Numbered from the stretch's first letter, positions 26,520 to 37,700 are shown. The stretch is 64,000 bases of DNA from an uncultured Candidatus Saccharibacteria bacterium (GCA_964389975.1 CAYMGJ010000001.1:22240-86239), one strand, 5' to 3'. Numbers and translations: made by a program. The notes: generated by a model from the letters alone, not told the origin.

Positions 26520-28826
26520 ATGAACCAATATGATCATATAAAAATTGAGAAGAAGTGGCAGAAACATTGGGAATCAAAGAAGGTAAACAAAGTAAAAGAG
26601 GATTCAAAGAAAAAGAAATTCTTTGCTCTCGTTGAATTTCCATATCCATCAGGATCAGGTCTTCATGTTGGTCATATTCGTAGCAATACAGCAATGGATA
26701 TCATTGTTCGTAAACGTCGTCGTGAGGGGTATAACGTGCTATACCCCATGGGTTGGGATGCATTTGGTCTTCCCACTGAAAACTATGCGATAAAGACAGG
26801 GATATCTCCTCATATAGTAACGAAACAAAATACTGATATATTTCGAAAGCAGTTAAAGTCTCTCGGTTTTTCTTTTGATTGGTCTCGAGAGATTGATACA
26901 ACTGATCCTGCATACTACAAATGGACTCAGTGGATATTTCTCCAGTTTCTCAAGAAAGGTTTGGCATACAAAAAGAAGATGAGTATCAATTGGTGTCCTA
27001 AAGATCTCATTGGTCTTGCTAATGAAGAGGTAATACAAGGTTGTTGTGAACGCTGTGGAACTCCTGTAGAGAAGAAGGAGAAGGAACAGTGGATGCTTGC
27101 CATCACAGAGTATGCCGATCGTCTTGATGGGGATCTCGATGATACAGATTTTCTAGAAAAAATTAAAATACAGCAAAGAAATTGGATAGGGAAAAGTGAG
27201 GGGGCTGAAATTGATTTCCCTGTAATTGGAGGTGAGGAAAAAATACGAGTATTTACAACTCGAATTGATACCATTCATGGTGTTACCTATGTTGTACTTG
27301 CCCCAGAACATCCTCTTGTTGAGAAGCTTATGCCACGTATTGAAAACAAGGAAGAGGTTCGTGCATATATTTCTCATATTCGTACAAAAACTGATATACA
27401 GAGAACTGATGCAACATCAGAGAAGACGGGTGTGGCTCTCAAGGGTATTATGGTTACAAACCTTGTTCAAGGGGAACATATTCCTGTGTGGATTGCTGAC
27501 TATGCTCTTCTTGATTATGGTACAGGGGCAGTTATGGCTGTACCTGCATATGATGAACGAGACAAGATGTTTGCGGAAAAGTATGGACTTCCTGTTCGTG
27601 ATGTCCCTCTTGAGAACAAAGAAGAGATGGTAAAGAAATATGGAACATCAGTTGTTAAGTACAAGCTTCGAGATTGGATATTCTCTCGTCAGAGATACTG
27701 GGGTGAGCCGATTCCTGTAGTGCACTGTGCTTCATGTGGTATTGTCCCCGTACCCGAGAAGAATCTCCCCGTAAAGCTCCCTAGGGTTAAGAATTATGCT
27801 CCAACAGAGACAGGAGAATCTCCTCTCTCACTTATCGATTCATGGGTTAACACCAAGTGTCCTCAGTGTAAGGGAAAGGCACGACGAGAAACAGATACCA
27901 TGCCTAATTGGGCAGGTTCAAGCTGGTACTATCTCCGCTATACCGATCCAAAAAACAAGAAAGCATTTGCATCGAAGAACAATCTTGAATATTGGACTCC
28001 TGTTGATTGGTACAATGGAGGGATGGAACATACAACACTTCATTTGTTGTATTCACGTTTCTGGCATAAGTTTTTGTTTGATATTGGACTTGTTCCAACT
28101 AAAGAACCATATCAGAAGAGAACTTCACATGGACTCATCCTTGCTCAAGGGGGAGAGAAGATGTCGAAGTCAAAGGGAAATGTTGTTAATCCTGATGAGA
28201 TTGTAAAAACTGTTGGTGCAGACACACTTCGTATTCATGAAATGTTTATGGGGCCATTTGATCAAGCTATCGCATGGGATATGGATAGTATTGCGGGATC
28301 ACGAAGATTCATTGAACGAATGTGGAAACTTCAAGAAAAGGTAAAGAGTGAAGTACCCCTGGATGAGAAACTTGAGACAGTACTTCACAAGACCATTCAG
28401 AAAGTATCCGATGACATTGAAGGTATGAGATTCAACACTGCAATCAGTGCAATGATGATTGCACTTAATGAATGTGAGTCTCGAGATTCTCTACGAAAAG
28501 AGCATTATGAGATTATGCTACAACTTCTCGCTCCATTTGCCCCTCATGTTACTGAAGAAATCTGGTCGAATCTTAAGAACAAGATTTCAATCCATCAAAC
28601 TCCTTGGCCTGTTCCTGATCCTTCTAAGATGATGAGTGCTACTACCACGATCGTAGTGCAGGTTAATAGCAAGGTTAAGGCACGATTTGAGGCGTCACGA
28701 GATATGTCTGAAGAAGAAATAACTTCCAAAGCTCGTATGCTTCCTGAAATCGAAAAAGCTCTTGCAGGTAAGACTGTCCTTAAAACCATTGTTGTTAAGG
28801 GTAAATTGGTCAATTTCGTGGCTTAA
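26520..28826 (+). CDS. leuS: leucine--tRNA ligase
   Basis: Motifs resembling class-I HIGH (HVGHIRS) and KMSKS (KMSKSKGN); LeuRS-specific insertion pattern. Start set at ATG 26520 (MNQYDHIKIEKKWQKHW); ORF-track upstream extension is non-coding. Confidence 0.9.
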   Translation: MNQYDHIKIEKKWQKHWESKKVNKVKEDSKKKKFFALVEFPYPSGSGLHVGHIRSNTAMDIIVRKRRREGYNVLYPMGWDAFGLPTENYAIKTGISPHIVTKQNTDIFRKQLKSLGFSFDWSREIDTTDPAYYKWTQWIFLQFLKKGLAYKKKMSINWCPKDLIGLANEEVIQGCCERCGTPVEKKEKEQWMLAITEYADRLDGDLDDTDFLEKIKIQQRNWIGKSEGAEIDFPVIGGEEKIRVFTTRIDTIHGVTYVVLAPEHPLVEKLMPRIENKEEVRAYISHIRTKTDIQRTDATSEKTGVALKGIMVTNLVQGEHIPVWIADYALLDYGTGAVMAVPAYDERDKMFAEKYGLPVRDVPLENKEEMVKKYGTSVVKYKLRDWIFSRQRYWGEPIPVVHCASCGIVPVPEKNLPVKLPRVKNYAPTETGESPLSLIDSWVNTKCPQCKGKARRETDTMPNWAGSSWYYLRYTDPKNKKAFASKNNLEYWTPVDWYNGGMEHTTLHLLYSRFWHKFLFDIGLVPTKEPYQKRTSHGLILAQGGEKMSKSKGNVVNPDEIVKTVGADTLRIHEMFMGPFDQAIAWDMDSIAGSRRFIERMWKLQEKVKSEVPLDEKLETVLHKTIQKVSDDIEGMRFNTAISAMMIALNECESRDSLRKEHYEIMLQLLAPFAPHVTEEIWSNLKNKISIHQTPWPVPDPSKMMSATTTIVVQVNSKVKARFEASRDMSEEEITSKARMLPEIEKALAGKTVLKTIVVKGKLVNFVA

Positions 28827-28890
28827 ATCAAGCTCTATTGACAATATATTGCGCTTAATGTAGTATGAAAACTATCTAATTATTATTTGT

Positions 28891-29925
28891 ATGACAACGA
28901 TACAATTTAAACCAAAACAAGTAACCAAGAAACTGCTTTCAGTGCTTCCTGATCGTGCTCGTGATGTACTCATTAGTCGCTATGGTCTTGGTAAGAATAC
29001 CGACAAGATGACTCTTGATGCTATTGGTAAGACTTATGGTATTACCCGTGAGCGTGTACGACAGATTGAAAACTATGCACTTACGAATATTCGTAAGTCT
29101 GATGCATACAAATCTGAGAAATCATCTTTTGTTGGTCTTGAAGAAGCCCTTCATAGTCTTGGTGGTATCGTTGTTGAAGATGATTTCCTTGGACATATGT
29201 CAAAAGATGTATCTCTCCAGAATCATATCCATTTCATCCTCGTTGTGGGTGATACCTTTAAGAAACGAAAGGAAGATGATGATTTCAAGCATCGATGGCA
29301 TGTAAATGAAGAACTTGCTCGACAGGTTGAAGAATCTCTCAAGAAACTCTATTCAGGTCTTTCAAATGATGATCTCCTTCCAGAATCAGAAGTTCTCTCA
29401 AACTTCTTGAAGCATCTTGAAAATGTATCTGAGAAATACAAGAATCAGGAGATCATGAGACGATGGCTCGGACTTTCAAAGAATATTGCAAAGAATGCTC
29501 TTGGTGAATGGGGTGTTTCTTCATCTCCAAATGTTAAGGCGAAGGGAATGAGAGATTACGCTTTCCTTGTTATCAGAAAGCATGGATCTCCAATCCATTT
29601 CAAAGAGGTTGCAAAGCAGATTACTCAGGTGTTTAAGAAGAAGGCCCATGTTGCAACAACTCACAATGAACTTATCAAAGATCAACGTTTTGTACTTGTG
29701 GGACGAGGGCTCTATGCTCTTAAGGAATGGGGATATGTATCAGGAGTTGTTAAGGATGTTATCAAGAAGATTATAGAAAAGAATGGTCCTCTCACTCGAG
29801 AAGAGATCATCGACAAGGTTTTGAAAGAAAGATATGTAAAGGACAATACTATCATTGTGAATCTTCAGAATCAGAAATATTTTAAGAAAGACAAGGAAGG
29901 AAGATATCACATCGTAACTGAGTAA
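28891..29925 (+). CDS. sigma-70 region-4 (HTH) domain-containing protein
   Basis: N-terminal LSVLPDRARDVLISRYGL...TLDAIGKTYGITRERVRQIENYAL resembles sigma-70 region 4.2; remainder unassigned. Confidence 0.5.
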   Translation: MTTIQFKPKQVTKKLLSVLPDRARDVLISRYGLGKNTDKMTLDAIGKTYGITRERVRQIENYALTNIRKSDAYKSEKSSFVGLEEALHSLGGIVVEDDFLGHMSKDVSLQNHIHFILVVGDTFKKRKEDDDFKHRWHVNEELARQVEESLKKLYSGLSNDDLLPESEVLSNFLKHLENVSEKYKNQEIMRRWLGLSKNIAKNALGEWGVSSSPNVKAKGMRDYAFLVIRKHGSPIHFKEVAKQITQVFKKKAHVATTHNELIKDQRFVLVGRGLYALKEWGYVSGVVKDVIKKIIEKNGPLTREEIIDKVLKERYVKDNTIIVNLQNQKYFKKDKEGRYHIVTE

Positions 29926-29952
29926 TACACAGAAAGCCCCGCAAGGGGTTTT

Positions 29953-31149
29953 TTGTATATTCTAAAAATGATATACTTTGTTGGTATGATTGACTTACTC
30001 ATTTCTCTACTTGGATCAAGTATTACTCTTGTCTTCAGACTATCCGTTATCTGGTTCCCCCTTATCCTCCTGTATATCTTCTGTATATTGTGGGTACGCT
30101 ATGCACGTATGCATTTCCTTAACAGTCTTGAATGGGATCTCCTTGAAATACGGGTTCCTCAAGAAGTTTCTAAATCACCTCTTGCTATGGAGACCTTCCT
30201 TTCATTCCTGTATCAAACAGGTGGAGAAAAGAAGTTTAAGGACAAGTATATTAAAGGATCAGTACGTCCATACTTTTCACTTGAAATTGCTTCCATTGAA
30301 GGACAAGTTAAATTCTATATCTACACTCAGAAGAAATTTCGTAATTTCATAGAAACAGGTCTCTATGCGCAGTATCCTAATATTGAAATACATGATGCTC
30401 CTGACTATACCCGTTCAGTACATTTTGATGAAGAAAAGACTGAAATGTTCACCACGGAATACAAGCTTTCTCAGCCTGATCCATATCCGATAAAGACATA
30501 TGTTGATTATGGAATTGAGAATACTGCGGTAAAAGAAGAATTCAAGACGGATCCAATCAATACCATTGTTGAATTTATGGGTTCAATTGGTGCTAATCAG
30601 CAGTGTTGGATGCAGATTGTAATTCGTGCCCATAAGAAAGATCACAAGGAGGGTATATTTTCTGAACCCATTGATCTCTGGAAGAAACAGGCTAAGGATG
30701 AGATTAAGAAAATTAAGGAAGGGACAGTTACAAAGGAGGGGGATAGCAGTTTTGCAAATCCAACAAAGGGAGATATGGAGAAAATTTATGCAATTGAGAA
30801 AAGCGTATCTAAAATATCTTTTGATACTGGTATTCGAGTTGTGTATTGGGGAAAGAAAGGATTCTTTAATTCTGCAAACAAGAGTGGTGTATCCGCACTT
30901 CTCCGTGCATATAGCTCTCCAAATCTTAATAGCTTTGAAACTGAGAATGATGAGGATAATGATGCTCAAGGTCTTCTTGCATACAAAACTCGTAGTTTCT
31001 TCTACTATCCAATTATCGGCAAGAAAATTGTGCTTAATGTAGAAGAACTTGCTTCAATATTCCATCTTCCTGGCCAAGTTACTCAGACACCTACATTTGC
31101 TCGTATTCCTTCACGTAAATCAGAAGCTCCAAGTAATCTACCTATCTAA
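29953..31149 (+). CDS. hypothetical membrane protein (2 N-terminal TM helices, 398 aa)
   Basis: ORF track; hydrophobic N-terminus. Confidence 0.4.
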   Translation: MYILKMIYFVGMIDLLISLLGSSITLVFRLSVIWFPLILLYIFCILWVRYARMHFLNSLEWDLLEIRVPQEVSKSPLAMETFLSFLYQTGGEKKFKDKYIKGSVRPYFSLEIASIEGQVKFYIYTQKKFRNFIETGLYAQYPNIEIHDAPDYTRSVHFDEEKTEMFTTEYKLSQPDPYPIKTYVDYGIENTAVKEEFKTDPINTIVEFMGSIGANQQCWMQIVIRAHKKDHKEGIFSEPIDLWKKQAKDEIKKIKEGTVTKEGDSSFANPTKGDMEKIYAIEKSVSKISFDTGIRVVYWGKKGFFNSANKSGVSALLRAYSSPNLNSFETENDEDNDAQGLLAYKTRSFFYYPIIGKKIVLNVEELASIFHLPGQVTQTPTFARIPSRKSEAPSNLPI

Positions 31150-32105
31150 TGCCGTCATCTCCTCTTCGATTTGTCATATTTCTCACTACAAGCGCTGTTC
31201 TTGCATGTGCACTCCTTGTTACCTATGTATCTTTACCACCGCAAGATTTTCCCACAGTACAAACTGATGTGCATATAGGGGAGGAGATGAGTCTTTCGAG
31301 AGTAGCGTCTCAACTTTCTCAAGAACATATCATACGTTCACCTTTCCTGTACAAAGTTGCAACATATCTTGTTCCAGGTCATCGAAGTGTTCTTGCTGGT
31401 GACTATCGCTTTACCAAACCAGTATCGGTATGGGAGATTGCATACCGTATTTCAAATGGTGATCAAGGACTCCCTAAAATTAAAGTCACCATTCCTGAGG
31501 GTACCAATGTTCGTGATATGACTCTGATACTGATGAACAAAATTCCTGGTTTCAATGGACCTCAGTTCTATGGTCAAGCACAGAAATATGAAGGATACTT
31601 GTTTCCTGATACATACTTCTTTCTTTCAAATGTAAAACCAGAAACAGTGATACAAGAGATGAGGGATACCTTTGTTCTCCGAACCAAAGATCTTGAATCT
31701 TCCATACGTTCATTTAAATACAATCTGAAGGATATCGTTACTATGGCATCATTAGTTGAAGAAGAAGCTCATATTTACGAAGATCGTCGAATTGTTTCTG
31801 GAATACTATGGAAAAGACTTGAACGAGGTATGCTCCTTCAGGTTGATCCCCCCTTCTACTACATCACAGGAAAAACAGGTACTGTTACTTATGATGATTT
31901 GAAGATTGATTCTCCCTACAATACGTACAAATACAAGGGATTACCCCAGGGACCAATTAGTAATCCAGGACTTGAAGCTCTCAAGGCTACACTTAATCCC
32001 ATATCCACCCCATATTTCTTCTATTTGACTGGTAAGGATGGAAAGATGTACTATGCGGAAACATATGAAGGACATCTTCGGAACAAAAACAATCACCTTA
32101 GATAG
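31149..32105 (+). CDS. mltG: endolytic murein transglycosylase MltG/YceG family
   Basis: N-terminal TM anchor; YceG-like motifs (GLPQGPISNPGLEALKA). Confidence 0.7.
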   Translation: MPSSPLRFVIFLTTSAVLACALLVTYVSLPPQDFPTVQTDVHIGEEMSLSRVASQLSQEHIIRSPFLYKVATYLVPGHRSVLAGDYRFTKPVSVWEIAYRISNGDQGLPKIKVTIPEGTNVRDMTLILMNKIPGFNGPQFYGQAQKYEGYLFPDTYFFLSNVKPETVIQEMRDTFVLRTKDLESSIRSFKYNLKDIVTMASLVEEEAHIYEDRRIVSGILWKRLERGMLLQVDPPFYYITGKTGTVTYDDLKIDSPYNTYKYKGLPQGPISNPGLEALKATLNPISTPYFFYLTGKDGKMYYAETYEGHLRNKNNHLR

Positions 32106-33183
32106 GGGGAAGAAGGTATATCTTGGCATGTCAGGCGGAGTTGATAGCTCTGTATCAGCTCTTCTCTTACAAAAAGCAGGATATGATGTCACAGGGGTTT
32201 TCATTAAGGTGTGGCAACCAGATTGGCCAGGAATGGAGAAGGTGTGTACATGGAGAGAAGATCGAAGAGATGCAATGAGAGTTGCTGCGCAACTTAATAT
32301 TCCATTTATAACTCTCGATCTTGAAAAGGAATACAAGGAATATGTTGTTGACTATATGATTTCAGAGTACAAGGCGGGGAGAACCCCTAATCCTGATATT
32401 ATGTGTAATCAATATGTGAAGTTTGGGGGATTTTTTGAATGGGCATTGGGACAAGGTGCTGATTATGTTGCTACAGGTCACTATGCTCAAATACAGAAGA
32501 ACGACGATACATATCATTTGGTACAGGGAGAAGATTCTACGAAAGATCAATCATATTTCCTATGGACACTTACCCAGAAACATCTCTCGAGAACTTTGTT
32601 TCCTGTTGGAACAATGGAAAAGAAGAAGGTACGTGAATATGCTGAGAAGTATAGTCTTGCAACTGCTCATAAGAAAGACAGTCAGGGACTATGCTTCATG
32701 GGGAAGATTGATATAAAGGAATTTCTTTCCCACTATATACCTCTACAGAGGGGTGTTGTTCGTAATGAAAAAGGTGAGATTATAGGACATCATGATGGTG
32801 CTCTCTTCTTTACCATTGGAGAACGACATGGTTTTACCGTTACAGAAAAAACTCCTCATGACACTGCATACTATGTCATTTCGAAAGATATTGAGCGTAA
32901 TGAACTTGTCGTATCCCACAAGACACATGAGGGGAATTTAGCACATACTGCACGAGAAGCTGTACTCAAGGATATATGCTGGAATCAAGGTGTACGACCT
33001 CAAGGGAAACAACTTACTGCACGCTCACGATATCGAGAGAAATTACAATCAGTTACAGTAACAGAACATGATCATATTGTTTTCACTCATGATCAAAGTA
33101 CCCTTACGGTAGGGCAATCGATTGTTGTCTATGAAGGCACTCTTTGTCTCGGTGGAGGAATTATTTCCGAAGTGATACAATAG
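32065..33183 (+). CDS. mnmA: tRNA-specific 2-thiouridylase
   Basis: KKVYLGMSGGVDSSVSALLL PP-loop; start inferred (ATG 32065) and overlaps mltG 3' end. Confidence 0.8.
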   Translation: MKDIFGTKTITLDRGKKVYLGMSGGVDSSVSALLLQKAGYDVTGVFIKVWQPDWPGMEKVCTWREDRRDAMRVAAQLNIPFITLDLEKEYKEYVVDYMISEYKAGRTPNPDIMCNQYVKFGGFFEWALGQGADYVATGHYAQIQKNDDTYHLVQGEDSTKDQSYFLWTLTQKHLSRTLFPVGTMEKKKVREYAEKYSLATAHKKDSQGLCFMGKIDIKEFLSHYIPLQRGVVRNEKGEIIGHHDGALFFTIGERHGFTVTEKTPHDTAYYVISKDIERNELVVSHKTHEGNLAHTAREAVLKDICWNQGVRPQGKQLTARSRYREKLQSVTVTEHDHIVFTHDQSTLTVGQSIVVYEGTLCLGGGIISEVIQ

Positions 33184-33188
33184 GGGGC

Positions 33189-34034
33189 ATGAATCATTTG
33201 ATTACAATTACGAAAGCGGATGGAACTCGTGAATTATTCGAAGAAAGTAAGCTGGTTGAATCTCTCAGGAATGCAGGAGGTTCTGATGATATTATCGAGG
33301 AGATAATTAATCATGTTGCTAAGGAAATGTGGGATGGAATGCCTACAAGTGAGATATATTCTCGCGCATTCAAGCTTTTGCGAAGTCATTCGATGCCTTT
33401 GGCGGTAAAATATTCTCTTCGTCGAGCTCTCTCTGAACTCGGTCCTGATGGATTTCCTTTTGAAAAGTATGTATCTCGTATTTTTGAGGCATGGGGATAC
33501 TCAACTCTTGTTGATCAAACCGTACCTGGTGTATGTGTTCCTCATGAAGTTGATGTTGTTGCATGGAACAAAGAAAAACTCCTTATGGTTGAAGCAAAAT
33601 TTCATAATGAACTTGGTCTTAAGTCAGATCTTAAGGTTGCTCTGTACATCAAAGCTCGCTTTGATGATCTTCGAGGAAATATGTTTGATTATGGAGGGGT
33701 TGTACGTAAGCTTGATGAGGGATGGCTCATCACTAATACCAAGTTTACCGAACAAGCAATACACTATGGTGAGTGTAATGGTGTGAAGATGCTTGGTTGG
33801 AACTATCCTAAGAAGGGTAATCTTCAGGATATCATTGAAGAACTTCGATTACACCCCTCTACTTGCCTTATAAGTCTTTCAAATGAGTCAAAACGTGCTC
33901 TTTTGACTAAAGGTGTGGTACTATGCATGGATATTTACAAGCGACCACAGATTCTCTCTGAAATTGGCATGAGTCAAGCAGATGCAGAAGAAGTGTTAAC
34001 AGAAGTACGAAGCGTATGCGGAATCGAACAGTAA
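33189..34034 (+). CDS. ATP-cone domain protein fused to restriction-endonuclease-like (Mrr/PD-(D/E)xK) domain
   Basis: N-terminal ATP-cone-like segment (LITITKADGTRELFEESKL); HEVDVVAW...LMVEAKFH resembles a PD-(D/E)xK core; AGGGGG RBS. Confidence 0.45.
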   Translation: MNHLITITKADGTRELFEESKLVESLRNAGGSDDIIEEIINHVAKEMWDGMPTSEIYSRAFKLLRSHSMPLAVKYSLRRALSELGPDGFPFEKYVSRIFEAWGYSTLVDQTVPGVCVPHEVDVVAWNKEKLLMVEAKFHNELGLKSDLKVALYIKARFDDLRGNMFDYGGVVRKLDEGWLITNTKFTEQAIHYGECNGVKMLGWNYPKKGNLQDIIEELRLHPSTCLISLSNESKRALLTKGVVLCMDIYKRPQILSEIGMSQADAEEVLTEVRSVCGIEQ

Positions 34035-35839
34035 ATCAATTTCTTGAGTATATAAATACAACACATCATCGATTACATAGTGCCTATGAGAAGGCTTTTT
34101 GGGTGTCATATATGGGAGACCATAGTGTCGACAAGAAGAAGGATAGGGCACAAGAGAAGCGTGATGCTTTCCGTTCTAATGCACAGCTCAAAGCTGAGCT
34201 TGAATTACATTTAAAGAAAGCTCGATCACAGAAGAAGAAGGCTCTCATAAAGAGATTGGAAATTTGGAACAATTTCTTCTCTCTGTTTCAGATTCCCGCT
34301 CATGCTGTTCCTCTACGAAACAAGGCGAGAGAGATAGAGTCAAAGATTGAAGATATACGATCAAAGCGTAAGGAGGGATATACCGATCCTTCTTCTGGTG
34401 TCTTTGTTGAAGCATCGGAGAACAAAATGCGTACCATAATGCGTACTCATTCAGATGAAGCTGTGCGTAAGGCTTGTTTTGAGGCAATGGAAAAGCTTCC
34501 TCTCGATACTCTCGACCTCTATGTGGAATTGATAGAGGTGCGTAATGAATATGCTCGATTGCTCGGATACGAAGATTTCTATGATTACAAGATACATCTT
34601 GATGAGGGTATGTCGAAGAAAGAACTCTTTTCTATATTCGATACCATCTACGAAAAGACAAAATATGCATATGCATCACTACGAGAGTTGGAGAAAGAGA
34701 TGCCTGGACTTCGTAAGCCTTGGAACTTCTCATATATGCTTACCGGTGATTTTACTCGTGAAGAGGATCAGTATTTCTCATTTGAAAATGTTCTTTCATA
34801 CTGGGGAAGATCATTCGCAGCTCTGGGTATAGACTATCAGAAAGGTAGTTTAGTTCTCGATCTTGTCGATCGAAAAGGTAAGTACAATAACGGGTTTTGT
34901 CACTATCCAACTCTTGTACACATGAAGGGTTCAAAACTTATGCCAGGATCTGCTCAATTCACGTCGAATGCAGTTCCAGGACAGGTGGGGTCAGGTAATG
35001 CTGGTATTCAGACTGTATTTCATGAAGCAGGACATGCAGCTGATCGTCTCAATTCAGTACAAGTAGAGACATGTATCAATACCGAGTATCCACCATCAAC
35101 CGTATCATGGGCTGAAACCCATAGTCAGTTTATGGACACTATTTCATCAAGTATTGAATGGAAAATGCGTTATGCGCACAATGAAAAAGGTGAGGCATAT
35201 CCTTTTTCTCTCTATGAAAAAAAGGTTAAGAAAAATCATGTACTTACACCCCTCTACATGAGTAGTATTCATTTTGTGGTTGAATTCGAACGACATATAT
35301 ATGAATGTAAGAATCTTACCCGTGATTTTGTTATCAATTGTGCTCGAGAAATGCATAGGAAGTTCTTTGATCGAGATGGCGATGGTCTCACTGCACTTAA
35401 TATTCCCCACATATATTCATGGGAAAGTTCCGCATACTATCATGGATACGGATTAGCTGATCTCATGGTATCTCAGTGGAGAGAGTATTTCTTCAAAAAA
35501 TATGGCTATATCGTAGACAATCCTAAGGTAGGGAAGGAGATGAAAAAGGCATGGGAATATGGTTCTCTCTTCACATCGAGGGAGAGTATACGACGTGCAA
35601 CAGGAAAAGAACTCTCAAGTGATGCATTTCTTCGTGATGTCACCCTTTCATATGATCAGATGATTGCCCGTGCAAAGAAGAGAATATCTGCGCTTAAAAA
35701 AGTACCCCTCTTTACAAAGCCTATACGTCTTAATGCTCGTATCACCATGATGCATGGAAAGAAGAAAATTGCTGACAACACAAAGAGTTTTGAAGATATG
35801 GATGAGAAGTACAAGAAGTGGTTGAAAACTTTAAGGTAG
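34016..35839 (+). CDS. HExxH zinc metallopeptidase, M3 (oligoendopeptidase F)-like
   Basis: FHEAGHAAD zinc-binding motif; 607 aa; family assignment tentative. Confidence 0.45.
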   Translation: MRNRTVNQFLEYINTTHHRLHSAYEKAFWVSYMGDHSVDKKKDRAQEKRDAFRSNAQLKAELELHLKKARSQKKKALIKRLEIWNNFFSLFQIPAHAVPLRNKAREIESKIEDIRSKRKEGYTDPSSGVFVEASENKMRTIMRTHSDEAVRKACFEAMEKLPLDTLDLYVELIEVRNEYARLLGYEDFYDYKIHLDEGMSKKELFSIFDTIYEKTKYAYASLRELEKEMPGLRKPWNFSYMLTGDFTREEDQYFSFENVLSYWGRSFAALGIDYQKGSLVLDLVDRKGKYNNGFCHYPTLVHMKGSKLMPGSAQFTSNAVPGQVGSGNAGIQTVFHEAGHAADRLNSVQVETCINTEYPPSTVSWAETHSQFMDTISSSIEWKMRYAHNEKGEAYPFSLYEKKVKKNHVLTPLYMSSIHFVVEFERHIYECKNLTRDFVINCAREMHRKFFDRDGDGLTALNIPHIYSWESSAYYHGYGLADLMVSQWREYFFKKYGYIVDNPKVGKEMKKAWEYGSLFTSRESIRRATGKELSSDAFLRDVTLSYDQMIARAKKRISALKKVPLFTKPIRLNARITMMHGKKKIADNTKSFEDMDEKYKKWLKTLR

Positions 35840-35875
35840 TTTTCTCTTGTCTTTTCTTGTGCTAAACTCATTTTT

Positions 35876-37678
35876 ATGAACACATCGTTATCAAGTTCTC
35901 AAATACGTGAAAGATTCTTAGCTTTCTTCGAAAAAAGAGGTCATACCATCATTCCTTCAGCTTCTCTTGTTACCCCTGATGAAAAGGGTATTACTAATTC
36001 AACTCTTTTTAATACTGCAGGTATGCAGCCACTTGTTCCATATCTTCTTGGAAAACCACATCCTCAAGGTACTCGTCTTGTTGATGTTCAAAAATGTATT
36101 CGTACTGTCGATATTGATGATATTGGTGACAAAACTCATGCAACTTTCTTTGAGATGTTGGGAAACTGGTCTCTTGGTGACTATTTCAAACAAGATGCTA
36201 TACAGTGGAGTTTTGAATTTCTTACGTCTCAAGAAGAGGGACTTGGTCTTGATCCACAGAGACTCTATGTAACTGTTTTTGAGGGTGATGAGAATGCTCT
36301 TCGAGACACTGAGGCAGCTCAAATCTGGACTGATATATTCATGAAGAAGGGTATAGAGGGTAATCGTATATTCTTCTTGCCGAAAGAGAATAACTGGTGG
36401 CAAGCAGGGGACAATGGTCCTTGTGGTCCTGATACTGAAATGTTCTATGATGTAACCAATCGCTTCAAGGGACGAGGAATTACTCATGAAGAATATCTCT
36501 CTGCAGATGAATCTCGTGATCTTATCGAGATATGGAATGATGTCTTTATGCAGTATGAGAAGAAAGATGGTCTCATCATCGGTAAGTTACCTAAACCTTC
36601 AGTCGATACAGGAGCTGGTCTTGAGCGTCTCTCAATGCTTCTTCAGGGAGCTCTTTCAATATATGAGACAGATCTCTTTTCAAAGATTATGGAGATTACG
36701 AGTACCCTTGCATCAGATGTTTCAAGACAGAGAATCATTGCAGACCATATGCGTTCTGCTACATTTCTCATAGCTGATGGTGTCGTTCCTTCGAATACAG
36801 GTCGGGGATATGTCTTGAGACGATTGATACGAAAATCAGTATACGTAACTGAACACAAGCATCTCTTAAAAGAAAAAATACAACCCATCATTACCGCAAT
36901 TTCTCAGATATACGCTACTGCATATCCAGATATACAGAACAAGTATGATGTCATCGTCGATGAGATATCTAAAGAAGTTACTAAGTTCGATGAAACTCTC
37001 ATTTTGGGACTTCGTGAGTTTTCAAAATTAAAAGGAGATGAAATATCTGGAAAAGAAGCGTTCATTCTCTTCTCTACCCATGGATTCCCTCTCGAGTTAA
37101 CGGTAGACCATGCTCGATCTCAGGGAAAAACTGTTGATATTGAGGGATTCAAAAGAGAACTTCAGGCTCATCAAGATCTCTCTCGTACAGGTGCAGAAAA
37201 GAAATTCAAGGGAGGACTTGCTGATACGAGTGAGATATCAGTTCGATACCACACAGCAACTCATCTTCTCCATCAGGCACTTCATGATGTTCTCGGTGGG
37301 CATATAGCTCAGAAGGGGTCAAATATTACCCCAGAACGTCTCCGTTTCGACTTTTCTCATACAGCAAAATTGACTGATGAAGAGAAAAAGAAGGTTGAGG
37401 ATATCGTGAATGAGAAGATACAGGCATCATTACCTGTTCAGAATATCATTCTCCCTAAAGAACAGGCTCTCGCTACGGGTGCACGACATTTTTTTGGTGA
37501 AAAATATGGTGACGAAGTTTCGATATACTTCATAGGTAATGATATTGAGCATGCATATTCAAAGGAATTTTGTGGAGGTCCTCATGTTACAAATACATCT
37601 GAATTAGGAACATTTAAGATTCAAAAGGAAGAAGCTGTGGGAGCAGGGGTGAGGAGGATAAAGGCGGTACTTTTGTAA
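35876..37678 (+). CDS. alaS: alanine--tRNA ligase, short form (600 aa, no C-Ala domain)
   Basis: FNTAGMQP, GNWSLGDYFK, HTATHLLHQAL and CGGPHV editing-site motifs. Confidence 0.9.
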   Translation: MNTSLSSSQIRERFLAFFEKRGHTIIPSASLVTPDEKGITNSTLFNTAGMQPLVPYLLGKPHPQGTRLVDVQKCIRTVDIDDIGDKTHATFFEMLGNWSLGDYFKQDAIQWSFEFLTSQEEGLGLDPQRLYVTVFEGDENALRDTEAAQIWTDIFMKKGIEGNRIFFLPKENNWWQAGDNGPCGPDTEMFYDVTNRFKGRGITHEEYLSADESRDLIEIWNDVFMQYEKKDGLIIGKLPKPSVDTGAGLERLSMLLQGALSIYETDLFSKIMEITSTLASDVSRQRIIADHMRSATFLIADGVVPSNTGRGYVLRRLIRKSVYVTEHKHLLKEKIQPIITAISQIYATAYPDIQNKYDVIVDEISKEVTKFDETLILGLREFSKLKGDEISGKEAFILFSTHGFPLELTVDHARSQGKTVDIEGFKRELQAHQDLSRTGAEKKFKGGLADTSEISVRYHTATHLLHQALHDVLGGHIAQKGSNITPERLRFDFSHTAKLTDEEKKKVEDIVNEKIQASLPVQNIILPKEQALATGARHFFGEKYGDEVSIYFIGNDIEHAYSKEFCGGPHVTNTSELGTFKIQKEEAVGAGVRRIKAVLL

Positions 37679-37700
37679 AAAAAATATATGATATACTAAT

